NCBI GenBank assembly: GCA_050309605.1
Contig: JBNRMN010000021.1
Location: forward strand, 46,743-110,742
Reading direction: 5' to 3'
Length of the DNA: 64,000 nucleotides
DNA from: Anaerohalosphaeraceae bacterium
Lineage (GTDB): Bacteria; Planctomycetota; Phycisphaerae; Sedimentisphaerales; Anaerohalosphaeraceae
The notes below the pieces were generated by a model, which was given only the letters and a program-made list of their open reading frames with translations, did no database searches and was not told the DNA's origin. Position numbers and translations under genes: made by a program. Shown here piece by piece: positions 1-9,083 of this stretch; position 1 is the stretch's first letter; every line of letters starts with the position of its first letter.

Positions 1-104
1 AATGGTAAAGCCTTTGTTTTGTCCGGTTCGCTTCATTTTTTTGTCCTTTCGCAATGTATGACAAGTTCGTTAAAACCGCAAATTTCTGTTTGTCTTCTGA
101 CAGA

Positions 105-1361
105 TTACATCAAGACCTGAATCATCGTGACCATCGGCAAAAACATCGCCAGTACAATCGTTCCGACGACACCGCCCAGAACGACGATCAAGATCGGTTC
201 GAGCATACTCATCATCGCCCCGACCAGCACATCGGCCTCTTCGTCGAAGTTGTCGGCGACCTTCAACAGCATTTTATCCAGATCGCCCGTCTCCTCGCCG
301 ACGTCCACCATATTGACCACGATGGCATCGACCGTCTTGGACTGGCGGAGAGGATTGGCGAAGGTATCGCCCTGGCGAATCGCCTGATGCACCTTGCCGA
401 GCATTCGGGCATAGACCTCATTGCCGCTGGTTTCGCGGGTGATGTTCAGGGCTTCGAGAATCGGTACACCGGCACTGATCAGCGTCGCCAGCGTTCGCGT
501 CCAGCGGGCGACGGTCGTTTTATACGACACTTTGCCGATGACCGGCAAATGCAGCATCAGCCAGTCCAGTCCGAAACGGGTATGCCGGAACTGGCGCAGC
601 AACCGGAAAATCGCCACCAGTATAAACGGCACCATCAGCACCATCAGCGCGTTTAGCCCCTTTCGTCCCTGGAGCCATTCGCTCATGGACAGCAGGGCCA
701 GCGTCAGCCCCGGCAGTTTGCCCTCGCCATCGCTCATATCGGTCAGCACTTCGGCGAAGGTGGGGACGATAAAGATCATCAGCCCCATCACGATGACGAA
801 GGCGACAAACAGCACCACCACCGGATAGACCAGGGCGCCTTTGACCTTGGCTTTAAGCCGTTCGGATTTTTCCATAAAATCGGCCACGCGATTGAGAATG
901 ACATCCAGCACACCGCCGACCTCGCCGGCGGCGACCATATTGACAAACAATCGGTTAAAACAGCGCGGGTATCGGCTCATCGCCTCCGAGAGGGTCGCGC
1001 CGCCTTCAATGTCCTCGGATACATAGCCGAGAATCCGCTTAAACGCGCCGGGTTTTTCCTGTTCTTCGAGAATGCGAAGCGAACGCAGAATCGCCAGGCC
1101 GGCGTCCTGAAGCGTCGCCATTTGACGGGCGAACTGGGTCAGCTTCTTGAGCTTGACTTTGGCGTTGACGCCGCGGCGCTTTGGAGCAGTCGAGGCCGCA
1201 GCGGCCTTGACCTTCCGAGGAGCATTTTGCGCACGCACCTTGGTGGGGAACAGTCCCTTGTTGCGGATCTTGCTGATGGCCTCTTTATTGCTGAGGGCCT
1301 CAATCTCCGCTTTGACTTCCTTGCCGTTTGCATCCAACGCGGTATATTGGAATACGGGCAT
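105..1361 (-). CDS. pilC: Type IV pilus / T2SS inner-membrane platform protein (PilC/GspF family)
   Basis: 418 aa; two T2SSF repeats (FARQMATLQDAGL...MVAAGEVGGVLD; RTLATLISAGVPIL...MVDVGEETGDLDKML), TM segments, downstream of pilB. Confidence 0.93.
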   Translation of the reverse strand: MPVFQYTALDANGKEVKAEIEALSNKEAISKIRNKGLFPTKVRAQNAPRKVKAAAASTAPKRRGVNAKVKLKKLTQFARQMATLQDAGLAILRSLRILEEQEKPGAFKRILGYVSEDIEGGATLSEAMSRYPRCFNRLFVNMVAAGEVGGVLDVILNRVADFMEKSERLKAKVKGALVYPVVVLFVAFVIVMGLMIFIVPTFAEVLTDMSDGEGKLPGLTLALLSMSEWLQGRKGLNALMVLMVPFILVAIFRLLRQFRHTRFGLDWLMLHLPVIGKVSYKTTVARWTRTLATLISAGVPILEALNITRETSGNEVYARMLGKVHQAIRQGDTFANPLRQSKTVDAIVVNMVDVGEETGDLDKMLLKVADNFDEEADVLVGAMMSMLEPILIVVLGGVVGTIVLAMFLPMVTMIQVLM

Positions 1362-1490
1362 TGTTTATACCTCCCAAAAACGTCCCGAACTCACTGCCGA
1401 AACGCACATCAACCGGTTATATCAATCTCTTAAATGTCCTATTTCAAATTTTTGTTTTTTATTGTCATCCGCATGCTGCCGTCAGCTTGA

Positions 1491-3245
1491 TCATTCCTCG
1501 GCGGCCAGCGTTTCGCGGACGACTTCTTCAATCGTGGTGATTCCGTCATAAATCGCCGACAGCCCGTTTTCACGCAGCGTATGCATCCCGGCGCGTTTGG
1601 CCGCCTCACGCAGGACGGCGGTCGAGGCGTGATTCATAATCAGATCGCGAATCTCATCGTTCATGGCCATGATTTCATACAGGCCTGTTCGACCGCGGAA
1701 ACCGGTGTTGTTGCACTGGTCGCAGCCTTTGCCGTAATAGAAGGTTTTGTCGCCCACATCTTCGGGCATCAATCCCAGTTCCATTAACTGTTCTTCTGTC
1801 GGGCGAAATTCGGTTTTGCAGTGGGTGCAGATACGCCGCACAAGACGCTGGGCAATGATGCCTTCCAGTGTGGCCGTGACCAAAAACGGTTCCAGCCCCA
1901 AATCGAGCAAACGAGCCACCGAGCTGGGGGCGTCGTTTGTGTGCAGGGTCGAGAACACAAGGTGACCGGTCAGGGAGGCCTGAATCGAAATCTCGGCTGT
2001 CTCCAGGTCGCGAACCTCACCGACCATCACAATATCCGGGTCCTGACGCAAGATCGAACGCAGACACTTGGCAAACGTCAGACCGATCTCAGGGCGAATC
2101 TGCACCTGCACCAGACCGTCAATATCGTATTCAACGGGGTTTTCCGTCGTGATAATCTTGGTTTCCACATCATTCAGCTCCTTCAAGCAGGAATACAGGG
2201 TGGTCGTCTTGCCCGAACCGGTCGGGCCGGTCACGACGACAATGCCGTTGGGTTTGTGGATCAACTGGCTGACCGCTTTTAATTCATGTTCCCGCAGCCC
2301 CAGCATATCCAGCCGTAAATCCACCTGCGAGCGGTCCAGGACACGCAGCACCACGCTTTCGCCGAACATCGTGGGCAAAATGCTCACACGCAAATCCACG
2401 GGGTTGCCTCCGACCACCAGCGGAATACGTCCGTCCTGGGGCAATCGCCGCTCGGCAATATCCAATTGGGCCATGACCTTGATACGGCTGCTCAGGGCCA
2501 TCGCGATATGTTTGGGCGGCGGGACCATCTCATACAGCACGCCGTCGATGCGGTAGCGCATTTTGTATTCGTCTTCAAACGGCTCAAAGTGAATATCCGA
2601 GGCCTTGTCGCGAATGGCCTGGAGCAGCACCAGGTTCAGCAGCTTCTTGACGCCGGTCGAATCGGCCATTTCTTTCAAGTCGTCCAGATCGATGCTCTGA
2701 TCGCGTCCCTGAAATTGTGTGAGGGAAACATCGCTCTCAATTTCGCCGATCAGTTCATTCAAGCTCGAATCTTCTTCTTTGTAGTATTTATCCAGCGCCG
2801 CCGAAATCGCCTCCTCGTCGGCCACCTTTGCCTCGACCGAAAAGCCCATCAGTGTGCTCAGGTCATCGGTGGCCCGGAAATTATCAGGGCTGTCCATCAC
2901 CACCGACAGCCGATTGCGCGACTTGTCATATTGGAGGGGGATAATCCGGTAAGTCCGCGCCATCTGCGCGGGGACATATTCGAGCACAGACTGAGGCACC
3001 TCGATATTTTCAATATCGACATACTCCATACCCCGCTGCCCTGCCAAGGCAATCTGCAAATCGCGTTTTTTAATCAAATTCTGCTCAAGAAAAATCTGGC
3101 CTAATTTGACCTTTCCTCCGCGTTCCTTTTGCAGGACGAGACATTCGTGGACTTTTTCGCGAGTCAGAAGCCCCATTTTAATGAGAATTCGTCCGAGCGA
3201 ACGTCCTTTCAATTCAATTACCGGAGGTATTTTTCTTTTTGCCAT
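1491..3245 (-). CDS. pilB: Type IV pilus assembly ATPase, PilB/GspE family (paralog 2)
   Basis: ASDIHFEP, RYRIDGVL, Walker A GPTGSGKTT, LRQDPDIVMVGEVRD, His box LHTND, tetra-Cys CTHC/CDQC; MshEN-like N-terminus. Confidence 0.9.
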   Translation of the reverse strand: MAKRKIPPVIELKGRSLGRILIKMGLLTREKVHECLVLQKERGGKVKLGQIFLEQNLIKKRDLQIALAGQRGMEYVDIENIEVPQSVLEYVPAQMARTYRIIPLQYDKSRNRLSVVMDSPDNFRATDDLSTLMGFSVEAKVADEEAISAALDKYYKEEDSSLNELIGEIESDVSLTQFQGRDQSIDLDDLKEMADSTGVKKLLNLVLLQAIRDKASDIHFEPFEDEYKMRYRIDGVLYEMVPPPKHIAMALSSRIKVMAQLDIAERRLPQDGRIPLVVGGNPVDLRVSILPTMFGESVVLRVLDRSQVDLRLDMLGLREHELKAVSQLIHKPNGIVVVTGPTGSGKTTTLYSCLKELNDVETKIITTENPVEYDIDGLVQVQIRPEIGLTFAKCLRSILRQDPDIVMVGEVRDLETAEISIQASLTGHLVFSTLHTNDAPSSVARLLDLGLEPFLVTATLEGIIAQRLVRRICTHCKTEFRPTEEQLMELGLMPEDVGDKTFYYGKGCDQCNNTGFRGRTGLYEIMAMNDEIRDLIMNHASTAVLREAAKRAGMHTLRENGLSAIYDGITTIEEVVRETLAAEE

Positions 3246-3294
3246 AGCCTAACTCTCCGCGTCTTGATTCATCACATCGACGCCTTACATCATT

Positions 3295-3323
3295 ATTATA
3301 CGGACGTTTTTGAAAAAAAGCAA
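3295..3323 (-). promoter_or_regulatory. Putative sigma70 promoter for pilB2-pilC
   Basis: Minus strand TTGCTT-17 nt-TATAAT, about 50 nt upstream of the ATG at 3245. Confidence 0.55.
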
Positions 3324-3549
3324 ACTTTTTAAGGATAGACACTTGGCATAAGAGACGATTTTTTATGCCACTGTCTGCTTTATCGACTTATGACATTGCA
3401 GATAGGTCATTTTAATGCTGAAAAAGGATATGAGAGCCGCAATCAAAATAAATATCGCTTTTTTGAGTCAATAAATACATAGACACTTGGCGTACAGTAC
3501 ACTGGAAACCTATCTAAAAAAATCATTTTTTGGACTATTAAATGTCGTC

Positions 3550-4680
3550 TTATCCTGTTTTCAGGACTTGGCCGTACTCATCATCCAATTTCTTTTTAAC
3601 CTTCAGCGACGCTCCGGCTTTCTTTTCAGCTTTTTCCAGCATATCGCCGGGATTTCTCGCCTTATCCAGCAATTCATCCAGATCAATCAATTCCTTATCA
3701 TATAGTTCCCACAAATGATCGTCCAGAAGCTGCATCCCCAGTTTCTTGCCGATCTGAATGCTGGATTCAATTCGGTACACCTTATTCTCACGAATGAGGT
3801 TGGAAATCGCGGGCGTAACGACCATAAACTCGTAGGCCGCCACCCGTCCGCCTCCGCGCCGGGGGCACAGCGTCTGGCTGAGCACCGCAATCAGGTTGGT
3901 GCTGAGCTGAACGCGAATCTGCTCCTGCTGGCTGACGGGAAAGGCATCAATAATACGGTTGACCGTGCCCTGACAGCCGGTGGTATGCAGGGTTCCAAAT
4001 ACCAAGTGGCCGGTTTCGGCGGCGCTGATGGCCGCTTCCATGGTTTCAAGATCGCGCAGTTCGCCAACCAAAATCACGTCGGGGTCCTGCCGCAAGGCAC
4101 GCCGCAGGGCCTCGGCAAATGCCGGCACATCCAGGCCAACCTCACGCTGAACGATCACCGATTTTTTGTGCTGGTGATAGTATTCGATCGGCTCTTCAAC
4201 CGTGATAATATGACGGTCGAGCGTTTCATTGATGTAGTTGATCATTGAGGCCAGGGTTGTCGTCTTACCGGAACCGGTCGGCCCTGTGACCAAAAACAAA
4301 CCGCGCGGCCGACGGCACAGCGAGGCGCAAATCTTCGGCAGCCCGATCTGCTCAAAACTCAGCAGTTCCGATGGAATCAGACGCAGCACCATCGAAATAT
4401 GACCCTTCTGGCGAAACACAGAGGTACGAAATCGCCCTGCGTCGCCAAACGCAAAACCATAGTCCGTTCCGCCGACTTCCTGAAGTTCCTGCTGATTGCG
4501 CTCGGGGGTGATACTTTTCATCAAGGCCACTGTATCGTCCGGCTCGAGTACCTTGGTGTCCAGCGAACGGAGCCGACCCGAAATACGCAGCACAGGCGGA
4601 CGTCCCACAACGATGTGCAAGTCGGAACCGCCCATTTTAATGCAGGCTTCCAATAAACGATCAATATGAAGTGTTGCCAT
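3550..4680 (-). CDS. pilT: Type IV pilus retraction ATPase PilT
   Basis: SDLHI, GPTGSGKTTT, ALRQDPDVILVGELRDLET, ETGHLVFGTLHT, AISNLIRE (AIRNLIRE-like). Confidence 0.93.
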   Translation of the reverse strand: MATLHIDRLLEACIKMGGSDLHIVVGRPPVLRISGRLRSLDTKVLEPDDTVALMKSITPERNQQELQEVGGTDYGFAFGDAGRFRTSVFRQKGHISMVLRLIPSELLSFEQIGLPKICASLCRRPRGLFLVTGPTGSGKTTTLASMINYINETLDRHIITVEEPIEYYHQHKKSVIVQREVGLDVPAFAEALRRALRQDPDVILVGELRDLETMEAAISAAETGHLVFGTLHTTGCQGTVNRIIDAFPVSQQEQIRVQLSTNLIAVLSQTLCPRRGGGRVAAYEFMVVTPAISNLIRENKVYRIESSIQIGKKLGMQLLDDHLWELYDKELIDLDELLDKARNPGDMLEKAEKKAGASLKVKKKLDDEYGQVLKTG

Positions 4681-4784
4681 ACCTGTACCCTATCACTTAT
4701 TATGCCATACTCTTATTTCTCTCGAACGCCCGGGCGTTCGATGTTTCCTGTCCCTTTTCTTTGTAATCGACGCACTGCGGCCTC

Positions 4785-6500
4785 TTACGCATCCATCACC
4801 AGCCCTTCGGCCTGCGTGACATGGGAGACTTCCTGCGGCGTCGTGACGCCGCGAAAGACCTTAATTCGTCCGTCCTGCAACAGCGTCTTCATTCCGGAAG
4901 CGATGGCCGCTTTTCGCAGCTCGCCGGAAGGCGCACGGGCAAACGCCAACTCGCGAAGCTGATTGTTCATTTCGAGCATCTCAAAAATCGCGATTCGCCC
5001 CTTGTAACCGGTTCCCTGACAGCGGCTGCAACCGGCTCCCTTGTAAACCGGATTCTTGCGCAGTTCGTCCGGCGTGATATTCAGCAGACGCAGAAAATGC
5101 GGGTCGGGCGTTTGATCGATGGTTTTGCAGTTTTCGCAAATCACGCGCACGAGTCGCTGGGCCATGATGGCCTGGATCGAGCTGGCGACGAGAAACGGCT
5201 TGACACCCATATCAATCAAACGGGTGATCGCACTGGGGGCATCGTTGGTATGCAGGGTGCTGAACACCAAATGCCCGGTCAAGGCCGCTTGAATGGCAAT
5301 ATCGGCGACGACGCCGTCTCGAATTTCACCGATGAGAATGATGTTCGGGGCCTGACGCAGCATTGACCGCAGAATCGCCTCAAAGCTCAAGCCGATCTCG
5401 GTACGCACCTGGCACTGGTTGATGCCGGCAATGTTGTATTCGACCGGATCTTCGGCCGTGATGATCTTTTTATCCGGACGGTTTAATTCCTGTAAGGCTG
5501 AATAGAGTGTGGTGGTCTTACCGGAACCGGTCGGTCCGGTCACCAGGAAGATGCCGTTGGGACGTTTGATAATTTTAGTAAACCGCTGGTAGTCGTCCGA
5601 CTCAAAACCAATCGCCTGAATACCGATATTGACCGAATCCGGCCGCAAGATACGCAGCACTGTGCTTTCGCCGTGATAACCGGGCAGACAGGATACACGA
5701 AAGTCAATGTCCTGATTGTCGATGGTGCGTTTGATACGTCCGTCCTGGGGCAAGCGGCGCTCGCCGATGTCCATTCCGGACAGGATTTTGATACGCGCCA
5801 GGATCGGGGCCTGCATATTTTTGGGGATATTGTCGCGTTCGACACACACGCCGTCAATACGATACCGCACCCGTACCCTGTCGGCCATCGGCTCGATGTG
5901 AATATCACTGGCCCGCATTCGCACGGCCTCGTCGATAATCAAGTTCACAAGGCGAATAATCGGGCCTTCTTCGTCGTCTTCTGTGGCCTGGGCACGTCGG
6001 ACTTCGGCCTCAATCGTGTGCCCTGCTGCGGCCAGTTCCGCTGCCGTGGCGTCAATGCTGCTGCGAACGGCATCCATGCGACCGTTGATAAACGTGTCGA
6101 TTTTCGTGGGGCTTGCAAGACAACATCGCAGCTCGGTATTCAGGCGAAACCGGAGCAAATCCAATAAATCCAAATCCATCGGGTCTTTGATGGCGATTTT
6201 CAGCTCGCCATTGTCCTGTCCCAGAGGGACGACGCGATGTTTTTTGATCAGATCTTCAGGGATGAGTTTTGAGGCGTTGGCAGGGATTTCGACTTCGTCG
6301 AGATTAACATATTCCAGGTTGAACTGCTTGGCGAGGGCTTCAGTGATTTGATCCTCGGTGGCCAGTCCCATTTCAAGCAAGGTCTCCCCCAGCCGTTTGT
6401 TGGTTGTTTTGGACTTTTTGAGGGCACGAATCAGGTTATTTTTGTCCACAAATCCCTTACGGTACAGGATTTCGCCCAAATGTCGTTGTTTTTTCTGCAT
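4785..6500 (-). CDS. pilB: Type IV pilus assembly ATPase, PilB/GspE family (paralog 1)
   Basis: MshEN-like RLGETLLEMGL, ASDIHIEP, GPTGSGKTT, TAEDPVEY, LHTND, CENC/CSRC; ATG at 6500 chosen. Confidence 0.9.
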   Translation of the reverse strand: MQKKQRHLGEILYRKGFVDKNNLIRALKKSKTTNKRLGETLLEMGLATEDQITEALAKQFNLEYVNLDEVEIPANASKLIPEDLIKKHRVVPLGQDNGELKIAIKDPMDLDLLDLLRFRLNTELRCCLASPTKIDTFINGRMDAVRSSIDATAAELAAAGHTIEAEVRRAQATEDDEEGPIIRLVNLIIDEAVRMRASDIHIEPMADRVRVRYRIDGVCVERDNIPKNMQAPILARIKILSGMDIGERRLPQDGRIKRTIDNQDIDFRVSCLPGYHGESTVLRILRPDSVNIGIQAIGFESDDYQRFTKIIKRPNGIFLVTGPTGSGKTTTLYSALQELNRPDKKIITAEDPVEYNIAGINQCQVRTEIGLSFEAILRSMLRQAPNIILIGEIRDGVVADIAIQAALTGHLVFSTLHTNDAPSAITRLIDMGVKPFLVASSIQAIMAQRLVRVICENCKTIDQTPDPHFLRLLNITPDELRKNPVYKGAGCSRCQGTGYKGRIAIFEMLEMNNQLRELAFARAPSGELRKAAIASGMKTLLQDGRIKVFRGVTTPQEVSHVTQAEGLVMDA

Positions 6501-6550
6501 CAATCCCTACTTGGCAAAAAATAAAATATGCGTTGACTCTTAAGCAATTT

Positions 6551-6579
6551 ATTATACCACGTTCGGTAATCGTCGTCAA
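6551..6579 (-). promoter_or_regulatory. Putative sigma70 promoter for pilB1-pilT
   Basis: Minus strand TTGACG-17 nt-TATAAT; the -35 overlaps the cinA stop codon. Confidence 0.65.
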
Positions 6580-7817
6580 ACAGTCAATTCAAGCCGCAGC
6601 AGATTTAGCGCAGTTTGCGCTGTTCGCAGTCGTACCGAGGCCCGACCGGCATTGGCAAAATGACAGCGGTGAACATGACAAATTCCCTTGTTCATTACAC
6701 TTATATAGACAAGACCGACGGGTTTTTGTTCCGTACCCCCGCCGGGGCCGGCGATGCCGGTTATCCCGATTGCGCAATCGGCATGGGATTTTTGGATCGC
6801 CCCTTCGGCCATTGCCTGGGCTACCGGTTCGCTGACCGCGCCACATTCCTCAAGCAATGCAGGCGGTACCCCCAATTGTTCTATTTTCGCCTGGTTACTA
6901 TATGTAATCCACCCGAAATTAAAATATTCACTTGACCCGGGTACGTCGGTCAAAAGCTTGGCGACGAGTCCGCCTGTACAGGATTCCGCCACTGTTACTA
7001 TCTTTTTTTGAGCACTCAAAAGTCGCCCAACAACCTCTTGAAGTGCGTCTTCGCCGGTTCCAAAGACCAGATTGCCCAACATTTTTTCCAGTTCGAGGCG
7101 CTCTTGTTCAAGCCGTCGTTCGGCCTCTTGCGATGTGTGGGCCTTGGCAATTACCTGAAGCGTTATAATGCCTTCGCTGACGGTGCAGTTGACCAGCGGA
7201 TTGCGGCCTCGCCGCATTCGGTCACCCAGGATCTCGGCCACAGTCGATTCGCCAGCTCCATAACAACGGAGATTGATCGACCGCACGACCGGGCCGCCGA
7301 GTCGTCGTCGGATACGAGGCAGCACCGACAATTCAAACATGGCCTTCATCTCTGCCGGCACGCCCGGCATCAACGCAATCAGCGTTTGGTCTGTTTCATA
7401 TAATACGCCCGGCGCGGTGCCGCGGGGATTGTCAATCGGCTCTGCACCTTGGGGGATACAGGCCTGCACGCGGTTTCGTTGGGGCATTGTCAGGCCGCGC
7501 GATGTGAAAAAAGCCTCAATCTGTTCGCCCAGTTCGGGGTGATAGATCAACTCCACGCCCAGATAGGCCGCCAGCGCCTGGCGTGTCAGGTCGTCGTCGG
7601 TCGGGCCGAGTCCGCCGGTGACCACCACGACATCTGCCCGCTGTACGGCCAGACGCAGGGCCTGGACGATATCGGCCGTTTCGTCGGCGATACACTGAAC
7701 CGAGGCCGTCTGCACCCCCGCCGCGAACAATCGCCCGCTCAGCCAGGCAGCATTGGTATCCACCGTCCGCCCGCAGAGCAATTCATTTCCGATACTGAGT
7801 AAATAGGCTCGCGTCAT
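6576..7817 (-). CDS. cinA: Competence/damage-inducible protein CinA (MoCF domain plus NMN deamidase)
   Basis: IGNELLCGRTVDTNA, TGGLGPTDDDLT, AESCTGGL, GAVSEPVA, ITGIAGPGGG. Confidence 0.93.
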   Translation of the reverse strand: MTRAYLLSIGNELLCGRTVDTNAAWLSGRLFAAGVQTASVQCIADETADIVQALRLAVQRADVVVVTGGLGPTDDDLTRQALAAYLGVELIYHPELGEQIEAFFTSRGLTMPQRNRVQACIPQGAEPIDNPRGTAPGVLYETDQTLIALMPGVPAEMKAMFELSVLPRIRRRLGGPVVRSINLRCYGAGESTVAEILGDRMRRGRNPLVNCTVSEGIITLQVIAKAHTSQEAERRLEQERLELEKMLGNLVFGTGEDALQEVVGRLLSAQKKIVTVAESCTGGLVAKLLTDVPGSSEYFNFGWITYSNQAKIEQLGVPPALLEECGAVSEPVAQAMAEGAIQKSHADCAIGITGIAGPGGGTEQKPVGLVYISVMNKGICHVHRCHFANAGRASVRLRTAQTALNLLRLELTV

Positions 7818-7979
7818 CTTAATCTCAGTTCTACTCTATGTAACTGATGTATTTTAGATAGACAAATACCTAATTTCACATTATCTCCACTTGGAAGCCG
7901 GTTCACCGACGTCGCCCTAAGGATTTTACCCGGAACAGGACTGTAATTCTATCCCGAATCGATGAAAGTTGATGAGGAA

Positions 7980-8008
7980 TTGACAACGTCTGCATTTTGC
8001 GGCACAAT
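7980..8008 (+). promoter_or_regulatory. Putative sigma70 promoter of lipA
   Basis: TTGACA (7980)-17 nt-CACAAT (8003); the ATG at 8016 follows 7 nt after the -10. Confidence 0.55.
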
Positions 8009-8015
8009 AGCCGCT

Positions 8016-8891
8016 ATGACAGATACCCCCCTACGACGACTGCCGCCGTGGCTGAAACGGCGAATCGGATCGGGCCAGGTGTTTCAGCACACCCACCACA
8101 CGCTCGATACATACGGGCTGGAGACGATCTGCACCCATGCGAATTGTCCTAATCGGGGCGACTGCTGGAGCCGTGGGACGGCGACGGTGCTTATCTTGGG
8201 CGATATTTGTACTCGAAATTGCAAGTTTTGTTCCGTCGGGCACGGAAAACCTCTGCCGCCGGATGCGACCGAGCCGGATCGCGTGGCTCAAATGGCCAAA
8301 GAAATGCGGTTAAAGTACCTGGTCATTACCAGTGTGGATCGGGACGATTTATCGGACGGCGGGGCCGGGCACTTTGGCGATGTCGTCAATCGGTGCCGCC
8401 ACGTCCTGCCGGAGTTGAAATTTGAGCTGCTCGTGCCGGATTTTCGCGATTGCCAGGACAAGGCGATTGAAATTCTGGCTTCGGCACGTCCGTTTGTGTT
8501 CGGGCACAATGTCGAGACGGTCCCATCGCTGTATGCCAAAGCCCGTCCGGGCGGCGATTATGCGCGGTCGCTGGCGCTTTTGCGCAAGGCCAAGGCCGCC
8601 TGGCCCGACATTCAGACCAAATCCTCGCTGATGCTCGGCCTGGGCGAGACGGATGAGCAGGTTCTTGAGGTTTTGAAGGATTTGCGAAACGTTGGCTGCG
8701 ACCGCGTGGCCATCGGTCAATACCTGCGGCCCAGCAAAACATCGCTGGAAGTGGTTGACTATATCACGCCCGATAAATTCGACTGGTGGGTGCAGCAGGC
8801 CCGCAAACTGGGGTTTGGCTGGGTGATGAGCAGCCCATTTACACGCAGTTCCTACCACGCAGAGGAGCAAACTGCCCAGCGGCGCAAGTGA
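8016..8891 (+). CDS. lipA: Lipoyl synthase
   Basis: CTHANCPNRGDC (CX4CX5C), radical SAM CTRNCKFC, HNVETV, C-terminal RSSY; start ATG 8016 preferred over 7962. Confidence 0.95.
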   Translation: MTDTPLRRLPPWLKRRIGSGQVFQHTHHTLDTYGLETICTHANCPNRGDCWSRGTATVLILGDICTRNCKFCSVGHGKPLPPDATEPDRVAQMAKEMRLKYLVITSVDRDDLSDGGAGHFGDVVNRCRHVLPELKFELLVPDFRDCQDKAIEILASARPFVFGHNVETVPSLYAKARPGGDYARSLALLRKAKAAWPDIQTKSSLMLGLGETDEQVLEVLKDLRNVGCDRVAIGQYLRPSKTSLEVVDYITPDKFDWWVQQARKLGFGWVMSSPFTRSSYHAEEQTAQRRK

Positions 8892-8919
8892 GCCGGATGG
8901 CGTTACCCACACGGTCCCG

Positions 8920-8995
8920 CATCATCGGGCAGTTTGCGCTGCCGCGCTTTTGACGAACATCATCGGGCAGCTTGCGCTGCCGCGCTTTTGTCGAG
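8920..8995. repeat. Tandem 38-bp direct repeat (2 copies), each with a GGCAG-N6-CTGCC hairpin
   Basis: catcatcgggcagtttgcgctgccgcgcttttgacgaa followed by catcatcgggcagcttgcgctgccgcgcttttgtcgag. Confidence 0.85.
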
Positions 8996-9083
8996 TTTTT
9001 TGCCCCCTCCCTTCGGGGATATCTTATAGTTTACTAAGATACAACAGTCTTTATTTGTACACTGATATTATGGGGGTGTTATT

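Noticed and set aside
8920..8995. Possible mini-CRISPR array
   Set aside because: Only two units, directly adjacent with no spacer, and no cas genes in the window.
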